Source: Heptranchias perlo | Taxonomy: Eukaryota | DNA: 64,000 bases | Assembly (NCBI RefSeq): GCF_035084215.1 | Contig: NC_090329.1 | Coordinates: 23,994,001-24,058,000, forward strand | Direction of reading: 5' to 3' | In this document: piece after piece, positions 52,490 to 64,000 of the stretch | Layout: every line of letters begins with the position of its first letter | Position numbering within the stretch: the first letter of the stretch is position 1 | The notes under the pieces: generated by a model | What the model was told of the DNA's origin: nothing | Databases searched by the model: none | The model's input: the letters and a program-made list of their open reading frames with translations, nothing else | Program-made: the position numbers and the translations under genes

Positions 52490-55312
52490 TGGTATTTAAA
52501 GACCAAGATGTAGAATCAGTTTGGGTAGAGATAAGAAATAGTAAAGGCAAGAAGTCACTTGTGGGAGTAGTTTATAGGCCCCCTAACAGTGACCACACTG
52601 TAGGACAGGGTATACAGGAAGAAATAATGGGGGTTTGTGAGAAAGGAACAGCGATAATCATGGGTCATTTTAATCTACGTATAGATTGCAAGAATCTGAT
52701 TGGTAAAGGTAGCCTAGAAGATGAGTTCATAGAGTGCTTTCAGGACAGTTTCTTAGAGCAGCACGTTCTAGTGCCAACCAGAGAGCAGGCTATTCTAGAT
52801 CGGGTAATGTGTAATGAGACAGGATTAATGACCTCATTGTAAAGAAGCCTCTAGGTAGCAGTGATCACAACATGATTGGATTTCACATTCAGTTTGAGGG
52901 AGAGAAGAGTAAGTCTAAGACTAGTGTTTTAAACTTAAATAAGGGCAATTATGAGGGCATGAAGACAGAGCTGGCTAAAGTGAACTGGGAAATTAGGTTA
53001 AGGGATAGGTCAGTAGAGATGCAGTGGCAGACATTTAATGAGATATTTCATAACACTCAGCAAAGATACATTCCAGTGAGAAAGAAAGACTCTAGGGGAA
53101 GGACATATCATGTCATACTTCCTAGAAGTAAAGGGAATTAGGGGTTACGGGGAGCGGGCAGGAAATTGGACATGAATTTAGATTTGAGGTTAGGATCAGA
53201 TCAGCCATGATCTTATTAAATGGCGGAGCAGGCTCGAAGGGTCGATTGGCCTACTCCTGCTCCTATTTCTTATGTTCTTATCATCCGTGGCTAACTAAGG
53301 AAGTTAAAGATAGTATCAAAGTGAAAGAAAAAGCATACTATTCCGTGAAGGTTAGTGGCAGGTCAGAAGATTGGACAGAATATAAAAAACAGCAAAGAAT
53401 GACTAAAAGAATAATAAGGAGGGAGAAATTAGAGTACGAGAGAAAGCTAGCTAGAAATATAAAAACAGTAAGCGTTTCTACAGGTATTTAAAAAAGAAAT
53501 GAGTAAGTAAAGTGAGCATTAGTCCTCTAGAGTGAGAGTCTGGGGAATTAATAATGGAGAACAAGGAAATGGCAGATGAATTGAACAGATATTTTGCATC
53601 TGTCTTCACTGTAGAGGATACAAATAACACGCCAGAAATAATGAATCAAGAGGTGAAAGGGAGTGAGGAACTTAAAACATTTATAATCACCAGGGAAAGG
53701 GTTGTGAAAAAATGATTAGAACTAAAAACTGACAAGTCCACAGGTCCGGACGACTTCATCCTAGGGTCTTAAAAGAAGTGGCTGCAGAGATAGTAGATGC
53801 ATTGGTATTAATTTTCCAAAATTCCCTAGATTCTGGAAGGGTTCCATCAGATTGCAAAATAGCGAATGTAACTCCTCTATTCAGAAAGGAGGGAGACTGA
53901 AAGCAGGAAACTACAGGCCAGTTAGCTTAACATGTATCATAGGGAAAATGCTAGAAGCTATTATTAAGGAAGTTATAGCAGGGCACTTAGAAAATCTCAA
54001 TGCAATCAGGCAGAGTCCACACGGCTTTGTGAATGGGAAATCGTGTTTGACTAATTTATTAGAGTTCTTTGAGGAAATAACAAGCAAAATGGATAACGGG
54101 GATCCTGTGAATGTGGTGTACTTGGATTTCCAGAAGGCATTTGACAAGGTGCGACATCAAAGACACAAAATAAAAGAGCTCATGGTGTAGGGGGGTAACA
54201 CATTAGCATGGATAAAGGATTGGTCAGCTAACAGGAAACAGAGAGTAGGCATAAATGGGTCATTTTCAGCTTGGCAAGATGTAATGAGTGGAGTGCCACA
54301 GGGATCAGTGCTGGGGCCTCAACTATTTACAATCTATATCAATGACTTGGATGAAGGGACCGAATGTATGGTTGCTAAATTTGCTGATGACAAGAAAGCA
54401 GGTAGGAAAGTAAGTTGTGAAGAGGACATAAGGAGTCTGCAAAGGGATATAGTTAGGTTAAGTGAGTGGGCAAAAATTTGGCAGATGGAGTATAATGTGG
54501 GAAAATGTGAACTTGTCCACTTTGGCAGGAGGAATAGAAAGCAGTATATTATTTAAATGGAGAGAGATTGCAGAGCTCTGAGGTACAGAGGGATCTGGGT
54601 GTCCTAGTACACGAATCACAAAAAGTTAGTATGCAGGTACAGCAAGTGATTAGGAAGGCAAATGGAATGCTGTCATTTATTGCAAGGGGAATGGAATATA
54701 AAAGTACAGATGTTTTGCTACAGTTGTACAGGGTATTGGCGAGACCACATCTAGAATACTTTGTGCAGTTTTGGTCTCCTTATTTAAGAAAGGACATAGC
54801 TTTAGAGGTGGTTCAGGGAAGGTTCACTTGACTGATTCTTGGAATGGGGGGGGGGTTATCTTATGAGGAAAGGTTGGACAAGCTGGGCCTGTATACATGG
54901 CGTTTAAAAGAATGAGAGGTGATCTTATTGAAACATATAAGATCCTGAGGGGGCTTGAAGGGGTAGATGCTGAGAGGATGTTTCCCCTTGTAGGAGAGAC
55001 TACAACTAGGGGACGCAGTTTAAAAATAAAGGGTTTCCCATTTAAGACGGAGATGAGGAGAATTTTTTTTCTCTCAGAGGGTCATGAGCCAGTGGAAATC
55101 CCTTCCCCAGAGAGCGGTGGAGGCAGGGTCACTGAATATTTTTGAGGCTGAGTTAGATAGTTTCCTGATTAACAAGGGAGTCAAAGGTTATAGTAGGTAG
55201 ATGGGAAAGTAGGGTTGAGGTCACAATCAGATCAGCCATGATCTTATCAAATGGCAGAGCAGGCTCGAGAGGCCGAATGGCCTACTCCTGCTCTCAATTC
55301 GTATATTCGTAT
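52490..55312 (+). mobile_element. CR1 ORF2 (endonuclease to 3' tail), decayed, with nested CR1 tail at ~53112-53278
   Basis: VYRPPN, SDH, NYRPVSL, YLDFQKAFDKV, GVPQGSVLGP, FADD; nested piece flanked by TATCAT (53106-53111, 53279-53284). Confidence 0.93.
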
Positions 55313-55831
55313 TGGGGAATGTTAAAAATAGAGAACACAATTTGAAAAACACTCAAAATACATACACTCAAAATAATACAGTTTTTAAAAATATTACTCG
55401 TCAGTCTCTCATAGCATTGTTAACAGGAAAACAAGGCATTGTGCAATCTTCAGGCGAAGTGGGGTTAGAGGGAGAGGGATAATTGGACCAGGGCATGTAG
55501 ATGTAATTCAGTCCCCAGTCAAAATTATACATTATGCCTTTAATTTTATATATTTCCATTATATATTCCTATAACCACATTTATAATGGAAATGGCCTTT
55601 GTAAAGGTGTCATGCTGGAATTACACCCTCCTGCCAGTGCTACTGCTAGTCAAGATTGATCTCTGCATTTGGCTTGTTTGCAGTCAATCAGGACAGTTTT
55701 TGGACCACTAATTATTATTGAGCATTTGTAGTGTATTGGCTTAAACCTCATTTAGTCATTAAACATTTTTAGATCAAAATTTTGGAATTCTTAGGAATGA
55801 ACACTTCACCAGACGTTCACTAGATCCTTAC

Positions 55832-55905
55832 CATCAAGTTCACAAAAATGATCTTGTGCATCATCGTATCTTGCCCAATCAATGAAAGCTTCTTTTGTTT
55901 GGTTA
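55832..55905 (-). CDS. ERO1B: ERO1B exon 6 ([24 protein letters not shown])
   Basis: ttag acceptor, gtaagg donor, 74 nt. Confidence 0.96.
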
Positions 55906-56986
55906 CTAAGGACAAAAGAAAGTGTGATTTGGTACAGGAATACAAACACACCAACCAAGCACCGATAAATTGCCTATGACGTTGCAGTCAGTTGATGAAT
56001 ATAAGTAAAGTGGAGCGGGGCGCGGGGGGAAGGGCGGGGAGAAGAGCACGGGGAGAGAAAAAGAGGGAAGAGAAGGGAGCCAACAGAGAGAGCCGTAAGA
56101 TGCTTTTAGATTTCTTTCTAATAAATCAGTGTGAGCACATTCTGCAGAGACTACACCTGAATGTTCAAATCCACTTTCCACATGTTAGTCATATTGTAGC
56201 ATCATGTGCTAATGCCAAAAGTCGTAAATGAGCAGTGGCCATTACAGGTGTTTCCCTGACCCCCTTACTCCAATGGTGTGTCGAGGATGCTGTCTGAAGA
56301 AAAACTGTTCCTCGACTCCAACATCTATGATTAAGGCTTGAAGATCAGTGAAATTTATAAATTACATTGCTGTATATTTACAAGCATTAAATGCACATAA
56401 TACCATCTTGATTTCTGCTGCCACATTTGTGCTGAAATAAAGCCAAGTTTCTGACATTCCAATATGGACTTGACAGTATAAAATTTGCAGGGCTGTTCAT
56501 TCCAATTTCATATTAATGTCAAAAAAAACCTTTCAGGGTTTTCTAAATGCCAGTAAGAGCTTGGGATTGTTTAGCAGTAAAATATAGTAATGGTAAAAAT
56601 AGTACAGAAGTTGAACCAGAAACTAGTTTTACTAGCCCAGCATCATCTGTTGCCTTGGTAGGATCTTGCTTTCCATTGGTTGAAAAAAAGTGTTATGCTC
56701 TATTTATTAGAACGCTGCTTTGTTTAAGAGACCAAGTCAAACTGATTGTAATTTCACAACTGAAAAATCCTACATGTTAAAAGCGCAAACGGTTTACATC
56801 CTAATGAATGGAGTACTGCTGCATCCTTTTATAGTAAAAAGTGGGCTGCATATGTTCCAAGTGCACCACGATTCACTAAGTTGTCTGGATGAGTTGTTGC
56901 AATCAGGACCAGCACAGCTAATCTCATATCAAGAGTTAGCACAAATAAAACTGCAGCAGGTTAGATCATTGAATATTTACTCTCAC

Positions 56987-57069
56987 CTCAATGTGCTGTT
57001 GACAGCTCCAAGCTTATTCGCTTCCTCACATTCTTGCAACTGTACTACTGTATTCACTTCCTCAGAATA
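56987..57069 (-). CDS. ERO1B: ERO1B exon 5 (YSEEVNTVVQLQECEEANKLGAVNSTL)
   Basis: ctag acceptor, gtgaga donor, 83 nt; CE.ANKLGA.NSTL. Confidence 0.93.
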
Positions 57070-57498
57070 CTAGACACACAATAAAATATTAGCAAATCAA
57101 CTATGCATCTGGAAGGAATTATTAATCCACTATTTATACTGCAACAACTGAAAACATGGTAACACTGGAATCAGTTTAACAAACAAAGTTCAGAGAAATG
57201 TGCACATTCTGGATTTGAACCATATCATCTTTCAATCAGGGAATACAGTAAAAACTACATACTGTGAAAAATGTCTTTTGGTCAAGAACGTTCAACGTAC
57301 ATATACAGGGATTAAGATATTGTGTGCTATTTTGCATTTTTGCGAAAGCTTGCATTTGTGTATAGATAATTTGTAACTTTAAACGGTTTAATCACGACCT
57401 ATGCTTAACGTACCATAACTAGTCCTATGAACAAGTGATCAGGTACAAAAGTTAATTCAAATATATTTACATGAAACATCTATCAGCTGTCGACTTAC

Positions 57499-57540
57499 TT
57501 TGTTGAAATTGGCTGCTTTAATTCCAATAGGAACCTCACT
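57499..57540 (-). CDS. ERO1B: ERO1B exon 4 (SEVPIGIKAANFNK)
   Basis: ttag acceptor, gtaagt donor, 42 nt. Confidence 0.92.
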
Positions 57541-58310
57541 CTAAAAATGAAAACAAAGTGTTAAAACAGCTGCTCAAATTGAAATTGGTACTTCAAGAAG
57601 TCTCCTCAGAACATGGCCAGCAAATTACTGGATTAAGTGCATAAAGTGATTAAAGAAACTTGGGAGTAATCACACCACAAAGTAGAACACCTGACTATAA
57701 AAATGTGAAACAGTTTCCAGAATGCTCACCAAAACTAGAAGAAATCATGGAACTTTTTTCTAAAAAAGTGAAAGGTTTAAGCTTAATTTGCTGGACAACT
57801 GGGTAATCTTACATTTACTCTATTTCAGATTGGGGGTGATCATATTTAAACATGTTATTCAATTTAAATTTAATTGAGGATTTATTCCAGGGATGCCTGC
57901 TGACTGTCCTGCTGCAGTCTCTTCTTTAGCTTGCCTGCTCACCATGGCCTTCTGGCCATCCCCATCTTCAGGTCAGTTGCTCTTGCTGCCTTGGCTCAGG
58001 CAGTGATTCATATTTGGGAGCTCCGTTTTATTAATATGCTTTCTGACCATATTGCTATTTCAAATCTTTTTTCTGCTTGCTTCCAAGTTTCTTGGGCGCT
58101 CAGGACCGCGGTAAACAGATTACAATGGGATTTCTGAGGGTTGAGTAAGGGGCTGTCATGTAATGTTTGGTAAATGTGCTGAGCATATATTATTTAAGAT
58201 TTGTGATGGAAGTTTTCCCTTACTTAAATCCTGCTCAACAATTTCTATTTAATATAAAAACTTGAATTTCCCACCAAACAACATCTGTAAAACACTTCCA
58301 GACACTTTAC

Positions 58311-58394
58311 CTCAGAACAAGGCTCTACATGACAATCCTTAATCGAGCAGTGTCCATCGTTTGACCAGAAGGGACAGGGTCGCTTCAAATTGAC
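58311..58394 (-). CDS. ERO1B: ERO1B exon 3 with shuttle cysteines ([28 protein letters not shown])
   Basis: atag acceptor, gtaaag donor, 84 nt. Confidence 0.96.
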
Positions 58395-59440
58395 CTATTA
58401 AAAAAAAGGTTTACAGAGTATTTTAATCAGCCTACATCTGAACATTTATATTTAAATCTATTGGACAATGTAGGAAAAAGTTGCAGGCTATGGGGAAGAG
58501 CAGGGGAGTGGGACTAAATGGGTAGCTCTTTCAAAGAGCCGGCACAGGCACCAGGGGTTGAATGTCCTCTTTCTGTGCTGTGTGATTCTATGTCCTGAGA
58601 CCACTTATGCAAATCATAAGTTTTGTTTTACCCTAACTCTATTAGACAAGTTATTTGTGTTATAGCAGACAGAATACATCACAACTCACCTACTCATTCA
58701 TAGATTTTTACGGCACAACAAAACCAGGTTTCCACTGAATACATCGGTAACTATAATCTACTACAGGGAACTTGACAGGGTTTGCACTCAAGCTGATCAG
58801 TGGCAATTGACGTACAGACAGATGAATAAACAGTATGTTTGAAGTACGAGCCATATGTAGGACAGAAAGTTTTGTTCATCATGTTTTAGTTGTAGCCTGA
58901 AAAGGTTACCCCATTCTGCCACTAGCATTTTAGGCATCAGCCATCTCAGGCATAATTCAATCAGATCGATATTAATTTACCCCAACCTGGTAGCCATCCA
59001 TCACCTAGGGTAGCCATCCATCACCTAATCTGAAAACATTGAAAGCGGTGGACCATTCCCAGCACTAGTCATTCATGAAGAAACCATTTGGTTCAATGCA
59101 TACATGACATCTTGTAGTCACAGAATGAGGGCAATAACGCTTCAATTCTTACATGAAACATATTTAACTCCTAATGAGAAAGAATCCTTATTTTAATCAA
59201 GCCCACACATCAGGATGATGAACCAGCAGTCAGGTTTACAGAGTGGTAAGTAGGGTAAAAGTATTTACCCCCTCCAAAAAAATAAACTAATCTTGGATCA
59301 GTTCTGACACTAGAACTGCCCAAAAACTCAGCTACCATTAAACTTTGGAGTTCAATACAAAACCAACATGCACTTCAAAGTACCTTATGAAAAACATTAT
59401 TGTATACAGTTGAAAGTTTTAAGCAAGTTAAGGATCTTAC

Positions 59441-59560
59441 TTTGTAATATCTGAAGTAGTCCCTTTCTTGCAATTTCTGTAATTTAGGGAAGATCTTGTA
59501 GCTGTTGAAGTCATCAATACTTTCTATGTCACAGAAGCAGTCATCCAAGACACCTGTCAA
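59441..59560 (-). CDS. ERO1B: ERO1B exon 2 ([19 protein letters not shown]...DYFRYYK)
   Basis: atag acceptor, gtaaga donor, 120 nt. Confidence 0.96.
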
Positions 59561-59905
59561 CTATAAAAGATGACATTTTATTTTCAGGCATATAAATTTA
59601 AGATACATTCGTCTGAAATGCTTTTAATAAAATAATGTGATTGGTTCCACATATTAATAGATAAAAACTTCAAATGCTAGAAATGCACAACAGGTCTATT
59701 AGCATCTGAAAAAAGGCAAGAGAACCCCTTTATAGGGCTAACCAAAACAAAATGGGGAAGGAAGCAACTATAAATAAGTTAATGCGTTTAAATCGTAACC
59801 TGATGTGAGGTTACATACTGAAATCATCCAGCACTTTCTACCCACCAGCTACACTTTTTTGAAAAAAGGCTGAGGAAGTGCTAGACGGTATACGAAATGT
59901 GACCT

Positions 59906-60452
59906 AGAATCATAGAATCGTTACAGCACAGAAGGAGGCCATTCAGTCCTTCAAGCCCATGCCGGCTCTTTGTAAGAGCAATCCAGTTAGTCCCATTCCC
60001 CCGCTCTATCCCCATAACCCTGCAAACTTTTTCTCTTGAAATATTTATCCAATTCCTTTTTGAAAGCCATGATTCAATCTGCATCCGCCACTCTTTTAGG
60101 CAGCACATTCCAGATTATAACTACTCACTGTGTAAAAAAGTTTTTCCTCACGTCACCTTTGGTAATTTTGCCAAACACCTTAAATCTGTGCCAGTGGGAA
60201 CAGTTTCTTTTCATTTACTTTATCTAAACCCTTCATGATTTTGAACACCTCTATCAAATCTCCTCTCAACCTTCTCTGCTCTAAGGAGAACAACCCCAAC
60301 TTCTCCAGTCTATCTATGAAACTGAAGTCCCTCATCCCTGGAACCACTCTAGTAAATCTTTTCTGCACCCTCGCTAAGGCCTTCACATCCTTCCTAAAGT
60401 GAGGTGCCCAGAACTGGACACAATACTCCAGTGTTTTATAAAGGTACTCTAT
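59906..60452 (-). mobile_element. CR1 3' part (host of the Harbinger insertion)
   Basis: Minus-strand LEYCVQFWAPHFRKDV...LRGDLIEVFKIMKG; continues at 62444-62720. Confidence 0.9.
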
Positions 60453-60740
60453 GGGGGAAAAATTGGATAAGGGTCCATTCTGGGCGATGGTAGCGCGATG
60501 CGCTAACACCCCGTGCCCGACGGACCCTGGGCAGGCAAGATGCAAGTTTGGACCCAAGGGAGCACTTACCTGCAATCGGCGTTCCTTTCCAGACCTTGCA
60601 CATGGAATCAATGCAATTTGCACTTTCCACTACCAGAGGGAGATCAATCTCTTAAAGGGAGGATGTTTCTTGGAAATCTCTTAAAGGTAGCTTGTACCTG
60701 TTATTTGCTGAAAATAACAGTCTACTGTCTGCACGGAGTC

Positions 60741-61024
60741 TGATGTGGAGATGCCGGTAATGGACTGGGGTAGACAAATGTAAGGAGTCTTACAACACCA
60801 GGTTATAGTCCAACAGTTTTATTTGAAAATCACAAGCTTTCGGAGATTATCTCCTTCGTCAGGTGAGTGAGTGAATGAGAGGTTCTCAAATCGCATATCT
60901 TATATTAGGCTGGGAATCAAAGGTGTCGTTGGTGTTCAGACAGGTTAGCCACGGAAAACAGTATGTCCCAGTATACTGAATACACAAGGGTCAAATTACA
61001 CAGACAAGGAGAGAAAGAGACCCG

Positions 61025-61068
<44 letters not shown>

Positions 61069-61380
61069 TCCAGTTGTATTAAAAACAGATAACTTTTTTT
61101 CCCCCGCTGGTGGGGTTACGTGTAGCGTGACATGAACCCAAGATCCCGGTTGAGGCCGTCCTCATGGGTGCGGAACTTGGCTATCAATTTCTGCTCGACG
61201 ATTTTGCATTGTCGTGCATCTCGAAGGCCGCCTTGGAGAATGCTTACCCGAAGATCGGTGGCTGAATCACTGCACAGGACCTCCAACCAACGCTATACAC
61301 CAGATACATAGACGACATTTTCTTCCTGTGGACCCACGGCGAAGAATCACTGAAGAGACTACACGATAACATCAACAAGT
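60741..61380 (-). mobile_element. Penelope-like element 3' fragment with inverted RT piece
   Basis: 61110-61266 is the reverse complement of the GIY-YIG C-terminus at ~1128-1285; 61268-61380 on + reads LYTRYIDDIFFLWTHGEESL (RT YIDD); (GA)n at ~61031-61066. Confidence 0.92.
60830..60866 (-). ncRNA. Minimal type-I hammerhead ribozyme motif
   Basis: ucac-CUGACGA-a-ggaga(uaa)ucucc-GAAA-gcuu-guga. Confidence 0.85.
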
Positions 61381-61754
61381 TGATGACCTCCAAACATATA
61401 CTCAAAGCAGTGGGAGGCAACAGGGGACGAAGTCAATGCCAGGCACACAGCATCATGAACATGGATGCAGTGCAGGAACAAGTTCAATGCTTTGACATGA
61501 GTGGTCAAGGTGAGTGAGGTCAACTGTCAAGTAGCATTTCCTACCAACCGCACCATGCACTACACCCCCCCATCCCAATAAACTCTTCCAATCAGATGCT
61601 TCCTCTCACCCTTACACATTACCACTGCTTCAAGCCGCCCATCTACAACTCACAGGCAACACACACTGGTAGCTATTCAACCATGACAGGCACATCACCC
61701 AGGCACACGTCCCGCTTTCTTGCAGAAGGTGACGCATATCAAGAGGCAGCAAGT

Positions 61755-62030
61755 AGCCGTGGCATTTGGCCCCTCGAGCCTGTTCCACCATTCAATGAGA
61801 TCATGGTAGACCTGCGACCTAACTCCATATACACGTCTTAGCCCCATATCCCTTAATACCCTTGGTTCACAGAAATCTATCAATCTCTGATTTAACATTC
61901 ACAAGTGAGCTGGCATCAACTGCCGTCTGCAGAAGAGCGCTCCACCATTTGCTCGTAGAAGCATTTCCTAGCTCCTTGCACGTCCTGGCTCCAAATGTCA
62001 GGCCAAGTCCCCGCGTCCTAGTACTCAAGT
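61755..62030 (-). mobile_element. Diverged CR1 3' fragment nested in the Harbinger-like element
   Basis: cccctcgagcctgttccaccattcaatgagatcatgg...ccccatatcccttaatac, as in other CR1 tails. Confidence 0.7.
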
Positions 62031-62443
62031 CTAGGAGACCTCCAAAAACAGTTACAAATGTCTCGGCAGCCAGAAGCAATAATCCAGCCACTAACCTGTA
62101 AAACCTGCAAGGTCCCTTTAAATAGCGCCAGTGGCAGGTCCTCCAGGCACCTTAAGGCACGTTCAGATGGTCAGGGTTAAGACTGTGCGTTGAGTTGAGC
62201 GTTACACACCATTTTGGGACTTATCACTTTAAATCAGCGCTGCATACTGATTGAAACCATTTTCTCCCTATTTTACATGATTCCAGCGATCATTATCTGC
62301 GCCTGCGTAAACTCCTATACTAAGATGGCGTCTGGCGCACATCACGCAGGAAATGTGCATGCGCATCCAAGATGCCATCTTGGATGTCGGAGAGGCCATG
62401 TAGCGCCAAAACAATGGGCGCTACACGGCCCAATTTAGCGCCC

Positions 62444-62720
62444 TATGTCTCTATTTATAAAGCCAGGATCCCGTATGCTTTTTTAACCGCTTTCTCAACC
62501 TGTCCTGCCACCTTCAAAGATTTGTGCACATATACTCCCAGGTTTCTCATTTCCCGCACCCCCTTTAGAATTGTACCATTTAGTTTATATTGCCTCTCCT
62601 CATTCTTCCTGCCAAAACATATCACTTTGCACTTCTCTGCATTAAATTTCATCTCCATGTGTCCGCCCATTCCACCAGCCTGACTATGTCCTCTTAAAGT
62701 CGATTACTATCCTCCTCAAT
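62444..62720 (-). mobile_element. CR1 continuation (upstream part of 59906-60452)
   Basis: Minus-strand MKFNAEKCKVICFGRKN...LGVYVHKSLK...KAYGILA. Confidence 0.88.
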
Positions 62721-62859
62721 CTGGTTGCGAAAAGGCATTAGAAACACAAAAGGGAAATAAAACTCCAAAATAAAAGGCAACAAAATGGAATGTGAAGCAA
62801 AGAAACTGGCAGGAATATTAAAGAAATATAGTTGCTCAAGTCCATTTTCAGAGCACGAT

Positions 62860-63575
62860 TGGCCAGGATGAAGACGAGGATGCTGAGCATGGCTGCAGCA
62901 GTCTAGGAAGTTAAAGGCAGAAATGGGAGGTGAATCTGAAGTGACTAACCACAGGGAAATCGGATCCTGCTTGAAACAGAGTGGAGATGTTCAGCAAAGC
63001 AGCCACCCAATCAGTGTTTGGTGTCAGTGAGCATTAAATATGATAACACATTGAAGGAAGCTCATGTAAAGTACTGTCTTACACAGATATGTTTTGAGCC
63101 CCAGACAATGGTGTGGGAAGCAGTGAATGGACAAGTGCTGTTTCTGCTCAACTGCATGAGAGTCTGGAGAAAACATGTGGAAATGAAAGTGACACAAGAG
63201 TAAACAAGGAAGACACGGCAACAATGGTCCCTCTGGAAAGCAGACAGAACTGATGGAGGGAAAGATGTATTTGGTTCCAAAATGATGATGTTGTAGGTGA
63301 CAATGGACAACCCAGTGGCTGTTAAGACTGATGGGATGGAGGACAAGAACAATAGGGATAATTTTGTCGCCGTGAGAAGAGTGGAGACTCTGCAATAGTC
63401 AAGAATCTCAATGTTTCTTCCCACCCGGTTTCCTATAGTCATTCATATTCCATCCCACTAGCTGCTGCATCTGCCAGATCATCTTCCGCAATCTATGGTG
63501 TAACTCCAGCACCAAACACACCTTCCCTTTCCTGGAGGGACCATTATCTCTGTGACGCTCTTCTCCATTGCAGCT
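62860..63575 (-). mobile_element. Old Penelope-like remnant with inverted terminal piece
   Basis: Similar to 50830-51130; 63460-63570 on + resembles the reverse complement of 63210-63300. Confidence 0.45.
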
Positions 63576-64000
63576 TCATTCTTTTCCATTCTATATAGAA
63601 TTGCTGGTCCATTCAAAATCCTTAAAATACTGAATCCGTGCATAAAAGATTCACATTCACAATTACATTTAAAAGTGATAACAATTGATCACTCTCAAAT
63701 TTAACCTGATGGCAGTAGATTCGAGAAGTGTTTTGTGGTTTTTGTTCAAATTGATTTATGGATTAATAATTGACTAAATTAGATCAGGCTATGGTACAAA
63801 AGATCTCTATCTGACTTTACTGACAAAAAAAAGTTAGTTATCGAATGAATCAGAACCAAAAGGCCAGTCAGAAAAAATACATTTTTCAATTTTATTAAAA
63901 TTGCAGTTTTTTTTAAATAAAAGTATTCAGCATAAACCAGAGAGGAAAAAAGTACACATAGGTCCATTCTAAAAGCACTGAAGCATTAGGGGAAACTAAG

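Larger units (their letters stand above)
60453..62443 (+). mobile_element. Non-autonomous PIF/Harbinger-like DNA transposon containing nested insertions
   Basis: TAT TSD (60450-60452, 62444-62446); imperfect TIRs GGGGGAAAAATTGG vs GGGCGCTAAATTGG (11/14); Myb/SANT-like remnant WEATGDEVNARHTAS*TWMQCRNKFNAL at ~61410-61510 ending at a gtgagt donor. Confidence 0.72.

Noticed and set aside
56010-56095. GC-box or G-quadruplex-like purine tract near the exon 6 acceptor
   Set aside because: Short low-complexity tract with no CpG island or other promoter evidence.
58989-59027. Short direct duplications (ggtagccatccatcaccta x2; also tactggcatcacttc at ~9141 and ~9170)
   Set aside because: Isolated slippage-type duplications with no further structure.
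21786-59560. Assignment as ERO1A with GPR137C (the paralogous pair)
   Set aside because: [31 protein letters not shown] and [12 protein letters not shown] match the B paralogues as I recall them.
1-64000. Remaining short ORFs in the six-frame track
   Set aside because: They are antisense or off-frame reads of repeats and exons, or chance ORFs without recognisable motifs.

Overview
Vertebrate genomic DNA, most likely a shark or other elasmobranch, judged from the Deu-domain SacSINE1-like SINEs and the CR1/L2/Penelope repeat landscape. Two convergent spliced genes are present, each lacking exon 1, which presumably lies outside the window. GPR137B is on the + strand (exons at 4698-15791, last exon tentative). 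ERO1B is on the - strand (15 coding exons at 59560-21786, including a 12-nt microexon, totalling 433 codons plus stop). This tail-to-tail pair matches the known human arrangement. Introns are filled with CR1, L2, SINE, Penelope-like (PLE) and PIF/Harbinger elements, several nested with readable target-site duplications (TSDs). The most notable non-obvious signal is three intact minimal type-I hammerhead ribozyme motifs (1545-1583 +, 30266-30302 -, 60830-60866 -), all sense to their host pre-mRNA. One is an 89-nt ribozyme-only insertion with a 15-bp TSD, 87 nt from an ERO1B exon. Other candidates are an inverted young CR1 pair flanking ERO1B exon 7, a perfect 29-bp hairpin, and a minisatellite built from a splice donor. 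All calls were read by eye; no database search was run.
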